The notes under the pieces: generated by a model
What the model was told of the DNA's origin: nothing
Database searches by the model: none
What the model saw: the letters and a program-made list of their open reading frames with translations, nothing else
Source: Oikopleura dioica
Taxonomy: Eukaryota; Animalia; Chordata
Reading direction: 5' to 3'
NCBI GenBank assembly: GCA_907165135.1
Contig: OU015567.1
Coordinates: 1,054,001-1,118,000, forward strand
Length of the DNA: 64,000 bases
Position numbers and translations under genes: made by a program
In this document: in pieces, positions 36,180 to 46,321 of the stretch
How positions within the stretch are numbered: position 1 is the first letter of the stretch
Layout of the letters: each line of letters starts with the position of its first letter

Positions 36180-38501
36180 CTAGAAGAAGAAAAAGCTAAA
36201 AGCAAAAAAGAGTAAAAATGTTGAAAAATTTCCTGAGGCTCCGGAATTGATTGAAGCAAGCTGATCAGAAAGAAGGATGATTGTCTGACCGTTGATAGTT
36301 TCTTCTCGTGTTTTCGCATTCTCTGGGACGATGACCTCGACATTAGCGCCCTAAATATCAAGAAAATAAATATGGCAAGCATATTTTCGAACTTTGACTC
36401 AGAGGTAGACTAACCGTAATTTCAACGAGATCCTGAGTTTGAAAGACTGATCCTTTTTCATCAGCACTTGATTTTCTTTTTCTTTTTGCATTTGAAGGAT
36501 CGTTTGAAGCGAGCCAATTTACGAAAAGGGCTTGATTTCCAATTCCCGATCCACAGTCAGTAGCTCCCATACAGAATTCCGTGTCATTTTCGATGCACAT
36601 GATAAGCTCAAACTTTAACACAACTATTAGATCGAACAATTTCAAGAAACAAACCGTAAAGAAAACATTATTGGAGTTTTTGAATTTAAATGCAGACCAT
36701 TCAATATCTCTTCCCCATGGATAAATTATGTTTCGACCTGTATCAAATGGTGCTTTAAGACAGCCATCGCTCACAAAATGAAGTGTTTTTTCTCCCGAAG
36801 ATGGACTTAACATGTTGAGGGTTATTTTGGTTAGTTTTCCTACCCAATCCAGATATTTTCGATTCGAAATTTCATGGCACCAAGTAAATCATTCGCAAAT
36901 AAATTCGTCCAGCCAACGTAGAATAAATCTCCTAATTTCAAAATTCCATTGTTGATTTCGCAATAATCAAACGGGGACGTAAAAAAGAGTGATTCTGATA
37001 TTGGACAAGATAATAGTGCTGGTATTACGGAGCTGTCCAATGTCAATGTATTGTTGACTTTTAATATATCTGCATCATAAAGTTCCTTAATTTTATATGT
37101 AGTTCAAGCATTGACAGATAAATACCGCGATTTCTTCTACTTCTGTAACACCTCTGTATTCGCATTTATAGTTGAAATCGAAAAATGATTCGATATCATC
37201 ATTTCCCTTAAAAAATTCATTTATAATAAAAAACCTCAAGTCGGATACAATTAATGTCTCCTTGACTTTTCCAGCCAGGTTAAAGTCTATGACCGATTTG
37301 TCAGACGAGTCTGGATAATTCGGGACAACACCGCATTCGTCGAATTTTACTTAAATAACAAGTTGAAATTCTACTTGAAATTGACCTTAATTTTATACTT
37401 TCAAAAGTAGTTGATCCTTGATCGGCAACATTAAATTCACAAAGAGGGTCCCCAGAGCTTCCAAAGATTAGCGTTTCGTTCCATTGTTCTCCTCTATTCC
37501 AATGTGAGTCGAAACAATTTTGATCTAAAGTCACAACAAAACTGTAATTCGTACAATCGACTGTTGCGAAATGAGCTTTTAAGCAATTTGACGACGTGGT
37601 TGAAGGCATGATTGTATTTGAGTCTGTTATAATTGATTCCGTTTTAAATATAAACGTAGATGTAGATGCTGGTATCGTTGATGCCGTCGTTGATATCGTC
37701 GATGATGCCATCGTTAATTCCGTGATGTTAAGTTTAAATCCTTTATATGCATCGAACTCATCCGTTTGAAATACAATTCTAGCTGAGCCACCATCAATGT
37801 TTTGAGTTTCGAAGAAGGTCCCGCAATATACGCTGATTTCGTTGAATGTAACGGAATCAAATTGACACTCGAAGGAATTTTCAAGTTCGAAGTCAACTTT
37901 GACAATGTTAAAGCTGACAACATTATCTAGCTCGATTATCCATGTGCAGTTGAGATTCCCGTAGTAGTAGCCACGCTCATAGCCAGGAGATGTTATGATT
38001 TGAGGCTCATCTATTATTCCTCCACATTCATCCAAAAAGATTTCGCCGAAATTCCAGCCTAATAACTCGGGTGGTGCGGTAAGGTTCCCAAATTCTTCGA
38101 CAAGACTTCTGTAGTCAAGATTGGATTCAAAGTCTAGCCGGAATGAGCATATGACATCAGAATCGAAAGAGAATTCCATTCTGATGAAATAATAGTTGTA
38201 GTCAGAAAAAATATCCAAAATCAACGCCTTTTTATTCGAGTTAAGAGGAATTTTCCATTGATTATTGATAAAGACATCAACAATAAATTTAAATATTGAC
38301 TCTTTTAAATTTAAATTTAAATTTGACTCTATTTTGTTTTTCAAAGTAAACATCAGAATTGAAATCTAAGAGGCCTACTTCCCAGTCAAAGGTCCATACA
38401 GAAGTAATCTCGACGGCAATTATTTCCTGATTTGTTGAAGAGCTTGTTGTCTGCGTTTTTGACAACTGAAAAAATATGAAAAATTTTAAAAGATTCACCA
38501 T
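36180..38501 (-). CDS. SEA-like + CUB + S/T-rich + ZP-domain protein with furin site and GPI-type tail; apparent frameshift near 38345
   Basis: Signal MVNLLKFFIFFQLS. CUB domain CGGIIDEPQIITSPGY..NCTWII..CQFDSV..YCG..FQTD..GFKL. ZP Cys pattern, RKRKS site, and hydrophobic end SGNFSTFLLFFAFSFFFF*. Confidence 0.75.
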
Positions 38502-41211
38502 TTTTTCTCTCTCATCTGATCAAAACTTTTGTCGCTGGCACAGAGAGTTAAAATAACGATGGCAAGATAAAAGAGTCGTTTACAACCTTCCAGCAGAACA
38601 TAAATTTCATGACGCCATATAATTACGGTGCCATCTAGTTCTGCGGTTTTTGAATCGTTAAAAAATTCAAATGCAATTTTCTGATAATAATATTCCAAGA
38701 AAAAAAGGGCTCTATCTTTGTTTCGGTAGCGCCGAGTCTTGAGTAAATCAAATAATGGTTTAAAAACTGTTTTAAAAACACTGAGATTTGAAGAATTTGA
38801 AGAGAGAAAAAGAGCGTGGTCTAAATCGTTCTCATATTATTTTTACCAACTCAAGTTTTTTATGTTAAGGATATTCTTTTATTGTTTATGAAATCACCAG
38901 CGATCTTGGAGAACGCTGTAGCCTCAGGATTTAGCAAAAGTGGGAGAAGTCTTTGATTTCCTGTCGATTAATAGTTTGGCTTTGTATCAGAAACGAACAA
39001 ACCTGGCGATTTTTTCAAGAATTGTATCTGCCATATAAAATCGGAAATATTTTTTGGTGCCGAAGATTGATATTTAGGGAGAAAATGAGATAAAATAATT
39101 AAAAATGAATGAGAACAATTAGTGTTATTCTTATTTTTGCATTTATAAAAATCCTGAAATATATATTGGGAGCGATCATGTCTCGATTAGCACTCAGCGG
39201 GATAAAGACAAAGAAGAAATCAAAAATATCTCGGATTATTTGTACAAGCATTATGATTTCAAAATGGATCTTGATCATTTCATCAATTATATAACAAATA
39301 ACGAAGGGAGAAAAGAAACACTCAACTACAAGTAAAGAGACACCGTAGGCAAATCTGTTCGAGTAGATATTCGTAAGTTCAAATCTCTTTTGTAAATATG
39401 TATTTCTAAGTTTCATTCTTTGGAATAAATTCGACCGACGATTTGAAAAAATATGAGCAAAAAAAAGCCTCCACTTTTTTCATTGGCGGAACAGACACTT
39501 TCGTTGTTGACGACAACGATGCTCAAATCTCAGAATATCGATTGATTGAGAAAAACTTCAAAGTAAAAATCTCTACGTCGAAAATCGAGAGCGGCTGGAA
39601 AAAAATTATCGTCAAACGAAAATCGAAGAAAAATGAAAAAATAACTGGAGAAATTCAGCAAGTTCGTGATTTGCCGTTTTAGGAATAAACAACTTTGATT
39701 TTGCTACCACCAAAACGAAATTTTATTTCATCGAGAAATTTAACCACAGATTTAAGCAGCTGGAAGAACAGGCTTTGACCAGAAAGTTTTTCCTTCAATC
39801 AAGCAAGAGCGCTCGAGATCGGTGTATTCGCGAGCCTCAAGATAAGCAGCGCCGCCGGTGAGCAAGCAGTTCTCTTCGGTAGTGAGGAAAGAGACCTTGT
39901 CAAGGCCGGTGAGCATGATTTGAACGTCGTCGGACGCAAGGTTTTTGGTTGGAACGCCCTTGACGAACTTCCATGGAGTGTCCTTGGTGACGACTTCTGT
40001 GAGATCGAAGCTGATTCCGATTGAAGAGTATTTCTAGAAAAATACTTTCTAGCGAAAAAAAAACTATAAAGACTAACCGCAAAGGACTTGTAGTGAACAT
40101 GTTCCAAATCGTAGATGTCGATGCTGTCGATGAGTGTGATGCCAATTCGGCCATCTTCCATTGCTCTCATGAAGTCCATTCCGCAGACGTCCTTGGTCCA
40201 AACGAAGAGGCCGGAGTAGAGATTTTGTCGAATATCAAGTTTGCCATTATTACGAAGCTTCATGGCCATAAGAGAGCCTGCTTCAGATTTGTAAATGTAT
40301 CGCATTCCTCTTCGCTAAGAAAAATATCAGCTTATTCGAACAAGAAAGAAATATCTTACTCCTTTCCATTCAGGCTTTGGAAGGTCCAAGTCGTCACAGA
40401 GTTCCTTCTTGAAATCGCAGACAAATGATCCTTGAGTATTTCAGGAATTTTAGGAATGCAGTAGGAGTAGCCATCGCCGCTAAATCCTTCGTTGCACTCG
40501 CACATGCCTTCATCGTTGCATTGGGCGTGTTCGTGGCAGTCGGTGCAGTTTGCGGATCTTTATATAATTCGTTAGGAAAAAATTGAAAAATGATACTTAC
40601 GCGAAAATAAACCATTCAGAGTAGTGAAATTTAGTTTCCTCAATTGGTAGATCTTTGATCATTTCGTTGAATCCCCAATTGGCGAAGAACAATCGGACCG
40701 GACCTGGGGTAACGTATCGTGGCCAAATCTTATCACCGTACTGAGCGATCGCTTTTCTCTCCTCTCTTCGCGAGCTTGTTGACGCTCCGAGGGGGAAAGT
40801 TTTCGCATTTCTTCTGGACTTAGATCAAGGTCTTGTTGAGGGACAGGCTCTTCGTTTTCCATTAACCCTGGGGCCAGGGTTTGAAATCTGAAAATTTCGC
40901 GTGAGCACGAGCACGCGTGAGCACGTGGGTGCTCAAAATTCAGTGAGCATGAGCACGCGTGAGCACGGGGCTGCTCAAATTTCAGTGAGCATGAGCACGC
41001 GTGAGCACGAGATGCTCAAATTTTCGTGAGCATGAGCACGCGTGAGCACGGGGATGCTTAAATTTTCGTGAGCATGAGCACGCGTGAGCATGCTCATTGA
41101 GCTCACTCACGTGCTCATAAACAGCTCATGCTCACGTGCTCATGAGCAGCTCATGCTCACTTGCTTATGAGCTGCTAGTGTGCCTAGAGTATTTTCAAAA
41201 TTTTAAATTAA

Positions 41212-41960
41212 GGGTAATGGTATACATCGGCGCGGCGCTGCTCTCTCGATCCGCGTTCCGCCAGAACCTATTTCTCACGGAGCCGTAAAATCTAAACGGA
41301 TAAAGATTTTTTCAAAATTCAAAAAGATTCTGAATAATCAAAGTCTTTTCTACTAATACAGCAAAATTGGTAATGATTGTCAAAGAGGAACTATCTGAAA
41401 ATTGCCAGTTTCCTTCAAATGACATTTTCTTCGATATTTCTCATCCAAAATTTTTGAAAATTACACTGTCTTGTGGAAAATCGTCAGCTCTACAAATCCT
41501 GTTTTTCAGATTTTTGTTTAAAGCTTTTATTAATTTCACATCGCAATTTGTAAAGAGGGCTACTTCTTCTCGCGCCTCTCCGCTCTCTATTTCTCACGCA
41601 ATGACCTCACTGCGCTGACTTCAAGGGCGCATATTTAAATCCGAAGACCTTAAAACAAAAATCTGAAAAACAGGATTTGTAAAGCTGACGATTCTCTACA
41701 AGACAATGTAATTTTCAAAAATTTTGGATGAGAAATATCGAAGAAAATGTCATTTGAAGGAAACTGGCAATTTTCAGATAGTTCCTCTTTGACAATCATT
41801 ACCAATTTTGCTGTATTAGTAGAAAAGACTTTGATTATTCAGAATCTTTTTGAATTTTGAAAAAATCTTTATCCGTTTAGATTTTACGGCTCCGTGAGAA
41901 ATAGGTTCTGGCGGAACGCGGATCGAGAGAGCAGCGCCGCGCCGATGTATACCATTACCC
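41212..41960. mobile_element. 749-bp foldback MITE, TTAA-flanked with GGG..CCC termini (Kolobok-like)
   Basis: About 310-bp near-perfect inverted arms beginning GGGTAATGGTATACATCGGC. TTAA at 41208-41211 and 41961-41964. Confidence 0.88.
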
Positions 41961-42071
41961 TTAAAACCATAATAAAACTAAAATCTTGGATAATTTTAAA
42001 TTTAACAACAATGGGTGAGGGCGGGGTTGGGGACGTTACTGAGATTGATCACCTCAAAGGTCCTAGCCAAT

Positions 42072-43014
42072 GTCAAGCCCCTTAAATTAAGAAATCAAGG
42101 AACGGGGCCGAGACGGCCCGAAGGGCCGTCAAGCCCCTTAAATTAAGAAATCAAGGAACGGGGCTGAGACGGCCCGAAGGGCCGTCAAGCCCCTTAAATT
42201 AAGAAATCAAGGAACGGGGCCGAGACGGCCCGAAGGGCCGTCAAGCCCCTTAAATTAAGAAATCAAGGAACGGGGCTGAGACGGCCCGAAGGGCCGTCAA
42301 GCCCCTTAAATTAAGAAATCAAGGAACGGGGCCGAGACGGCCCGAAGGGCCGTCAAGCCCCTTAAATTAAGAAATCAAGGAACGGGGCTGAGACGGCCCG
42401 AAGGGCCGTCAAGCCCTTAAATTAAGAAATCAAGGAACGGGGCTGAGACGGCCCGAAGGGCCGTCAAGCCCCTTAAATTAAGAAATCAAGGAACGGGGCT
42501 GAGACGGCCCGAAGGGCCGTCAAGCCCTTAAATTAAGAAATCAAGGAACGGGGCTGAGACGGCCCGAAGGGCCGTCAAGCCCCTTAAATTAAGAAATCAA
42601 GGAACGGGGCTGAGACGGCCCGAAGGGCCGTCAAGCCCTTAAATTAAGAAATCAAGGAACGGGGCTGAGACGGCCCGAAGGGCCGTCAAGCCCCTTAAAT
42701 TAAGAAATCAAGGAACGGGGCCGAGACGGCCCGAAGGGCCGTCAAGCCCCTTAAATTAAGAAATCAAGGAACGGGGCCGAGACGGCCCGAAGGGCCGTCA
42801 AGCCCCTTAAATTAAGAAATCAAGGAACGGGGCTGAGACGGCCCGAAGGGCCGTCAAGCCCCTTAAATTAAGAAATCAAGGAACGGGGCCGAGACGGCCC
42901 GAAGGGCCGTCAAGCCCCTTAAATTAAGAAATCAAGGAACGGGGCTGAGACGGCCCGAAGGGCCGTCAAGCCCTTAAATTAAGAAATCAAGGAACGGGGC
43001 TGAGACGGCCCGAA
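42072..43014. repeat. Tandem array of about 17 units of 55-56 bp, each with a GC-rich hairpin
   Basis: Unit GTCAAGCCCCTTAAATTAAGAAATCAAGGAACGGGGCYGAGACGGCCCGAAGGGCC. The only variation is one C/T site and a 1-bp indel in the C run. Confidence 0.97.
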
Positions 43015-45718
43015 AAGTCCCACTCGCAGAACCCTTACCCCAAGTTTGACTTATAAACGCTTATAGAACCTTCCAATTTGAGTCGTTAACGACTGTGAGC
43101 ACGTCTTAATGTGAGCTTAGAGCACGTGCTCACGTGCTCATGAGCACAGAATTTGCCCTTCCAGAGATCCATGAGCATGAGCTCGCGTGAGCACGACTGT
43201 GCTCTATAATCGGTGAGCATGAGCACGCGTGAGCACGAGGGGCCTAGAATTCTGTGAGCATGAGCACGCGTGAGCATGCTCATCGAGCTCACTCACGTGC
43301 TCACGTGCTCGTGAGCTCGTCAGATTTCAAACCCTGCCTGGGGCATCGGCGTAGTCGATCAGGTTCATTTTGAAAGTGATCGCTCCATTTTCATCGCAGC
43401 TACTTCCGTCAATATATGATCTTAAATAACGTTTAATTTTCTTTTTATTTTCTGCGGCACTCACTTCCAAGTCCAGTTGGCATCAGGGTTTTGGTACTCA
43501 ATCCAAAGATCCCACTCAAAGTCCATCCAGTGGTAGAGTTGAGGGCCGAGAAAGACGGGCTCGCCGAGCTCATTGATCATTTGCATCGATACTTCGTGAG
43601 TAACATTGCTTTAATAAATGATTAAAAATGATGAACTAAAAACTTACTTTGGCAAGATTTCAGGAATATTGTCCATGGTGACGGCGACTGGCGCGAGTTG
43701 GGTAACATCGTAAGTTTCTCCTTCTGTGTCAAACTCTGGGAAGAACTTATTCCCTTGTCCGTCGACGATCTCATAGGCGAACTGATAGTAGCCAGGTTCC
43801 GGTACGACCATGTCGTAAAAACCAGTCGATCCATAATCGAATTTTACAACGTTATCTTGAATTTCTGGCCAGAATTCCGGAGAGACAGGTGCATCTGAGG
43901 GACCAAAACTGATCAAATTTGCCTTAAAATATAAAAGTCAAAGACTTTTGATATAGATTTACCCTGGCGTAGATTTCCTGTTTGTGATCATAATCCCAAA
44001 TGTAGGATCCGTTGGCGTCTCTGAATTCGAGATATGGAGCTGCTCTTAGCTCATAGCCGTGAAAATGGGTGGTATTTGTCCACTCGAACAAGTAGAGGTG
44101 GTCTGGAACAACGCATTTTTGATCGTTGTACATGTCGTAAGAATCCATGCTTGTGATGGTTCCAGCAGGGCAGTCGCAAATATACTTATCATAGTGTGGA
44201 ATAGGGCGACAAGATGCTTCGGCTGGACATTTATTCAACCCATTTAGACATAAATTGTCTTCGTCAAGTGGATAGTAGCCGTTGATTTTGTCGATATCTT
44301 CATTTGATACTGGAAAATCTCGAATCATCTTTTGGTGATATCTCCGTAGATGTACTCATCCCACATTGAAAAGCTCCCATCTGCCAATTTGTAAGGGAGA
44401 AGATTTGAGACACTCTTCTTATCGCCATTCCAAGTGGTCTGGAATTCCTCGACAAGGAAGTGATAGTTTGCATTTCCAAGCAAACTTTCATGATAGCCCG
44501 CGCCGGCGAAGTCGTAACCGGATCGTGTGAAGGCTGGTCCGAATCCGAGGATATACATGGCGAAGTGGTTGACTTGGGAGTAGTCGTGGAAGGCGCAGTC
44601 GGGTCGCATGTACCATTTTTGCTTGCCGCCGATTTTGCCGATGTAGGAGGCGCAGGCGCTGAGGAAATCATCGTTCTCCTCGTTGACGATCTCGATATGG
44701 TCTGGGTACAAATCAACTTCGTCTTGATAGATCTCGACGAATTTGACATTGAGTTTCTTGTTCATCTCGCCGAGCTTCCATCTGATCGCGCTAGCAGAAT
44801 GTTCTCCTAGGAATCCATCGTACTCGGTGTTGTTGTAGCCGAAGTCGAAGAAGTAGGGAACGATGAATTTTCCATCAGCGTCGTCTTGATAGCCTCTCCA
44901 TGGGGGAAAAGTTCGTTCGAGAGGAGAAGAGCAGGCTGAGCCGTCATGATTGAAATGAAGGCCGGACGGGAGTCGAGGATCTTTCTAGAAAAAGAGATGA
45001 AAAATCTTTGGAGAAAAATCTTACCAGCATTCGTTCATACTGGCATCCGGAAAAGACCATATCACCGTACGCGGTATCATCATTTGTCCGTGGCCCGGGT
45101 GCAACCGCTGCGTGAGCATTCTCTAAAAGGACGAAAAGTCCCGATGAAAGCTTCATCTTTTCTTTCAGAAAAAGACGAAGTGATGGCTTTTTCTTGCGAC
45201 CGGCTTTTTGAAGTCCGAATGTGGCGGAGCTAAAGCGCGAACTCGTCGGATAAATATGATAAGAGAGAAATTTCGATCAGTCAGCTTTTCTTCGCAAATT
45301 CGGTTTTTAAATTAATGCTTCGATAGATTAGACTCTAATCATATGAGACCGGCGAAAGCTTTCTTTTTTGAGCAATAAAAATTTTTTCATAAAAACAAAA
45401 ACCGCAAATTTTTTATCACACATAAAGTCGTCTCACAACAGAATATCAATCCGAGTTTCAAAAATAAAAAAAAATACAACTTTATTTTGATATTTTGGCT
45501 AATTGAAATCTCTAGATTCTAGAGTCTAGAACGCTTTGTTTTCAAAATATAAAATTTTTAAACGACGAGATTCGACGACATTCGACGACATTGTCAGTGC
45601 GCCCCGCAAATTTATTGATATTAAACAATATTTATAAAATCCTCTCAATAAGTTTATTTATTTTGTCTTCAAGATTTGCCGTAACAAAAAGATCCAGTTT
45701 TTCGCTGCAGCAATTTAA

Positions 45719-46058
45719 CCCTATCTCGAGCGCGAGCACACGGCCATGAGCTCGCCCATCTAGAGAAAAAAAATGTCTGTTCATTCTCTCTCTCTCTTGT
45801 CTGTGCTGAGGGCTAGGGTCGGCGCCGACCACCCTTTTTCACGGTCGGATCGGGATGGGTCACCCCCAAAATGACCGAAATGAGGCTTGCGATGATCAGG
45901 ACTGTTTTATTTACTGTCTTACAGACCAGCTTTCTTGCAATTAATGCCCTTTGCACAGACAAGAGAGAGAAAGAAATGACATTTTTTCTCTAGATGGGCG
46001 AGCTCACGGCCGTGTGCTCGCGCTCGAGATAGGATAATTTTGAATGCTCGAGACAGGG
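45719..46058. mobile_element. 340-bp piggyBac MITE of the same family as 32809-36086
   Basis: TTAA at 45715-45718 and 46059-46062. Both ends are nearly identical to those of the long element. Unrelated GC-rich core. Confidence 0.95.
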
Positions 46059-46321
46059 TTAAGATGGTAGCAGCTGACCGAGCGCCTCAATAAAAACCAT
46101 TATTTTTGTTAATCTTTATCCGAAATTATCCGAGATAAATTTCCAGCTTTATTATTTTGAAAGGATAAGCTCGGCTAGACGAAAAATCGTTTATCTCCAT
46201 GGCTTAGCTTTTTGGACTTTCGAAAATGCGGCTATATAAGTCTTATTTTTTCCGTAGAATCAATTTTTAAGTTGACGATTGGCAGAGTTTGATTTAAAAA
46301 TATTTGCTTCTCGACTTGAAA

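Larger units (their letters stand above)
40875..43336. mobile_element. 2,462-bp non-autonomous hAT-like element with nested cargo
   Basis: TIR CAGGGTTTGAAATCTGA. 8-bp TSD CCTGGGGC (40867-40874, 43337-43344). Subterminal arrays of GTGAGCATGAGCACGC at both ends. Confidence 0.93.
39752..45156 (-). pseudogene. Secreted astacin-like (degenerate active site) + EGF multidomain gene, interrupted by a 2.46-kb element and frameshifts
   Basis: W..GKFIVPY..VKFVE..CASYIGKIGGKQ..C..VNHFAMYILGF..VSNEDIDKINGYY follows the astacin pattern. EGF domains are present. The frame YADAPGLMEN rejoins across the insertion. Frame breaks near 44330, 40742 and 40440. Confidence 0.75.

Noticed and set aside
38860-39682. 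Short hydrophobic or Lys-rich ORFs between the ZP and astacin-like genes
   Set aside because: Low complexity and AT-driven; no consistent exon model could be built.
42072-43014. CRISPR-like appearance (palindromic repeats at a regular period)
   Set aside because: The intervening sequences are identical rather than unique spacers, there are no cas genes, and the context is eukaryotic.
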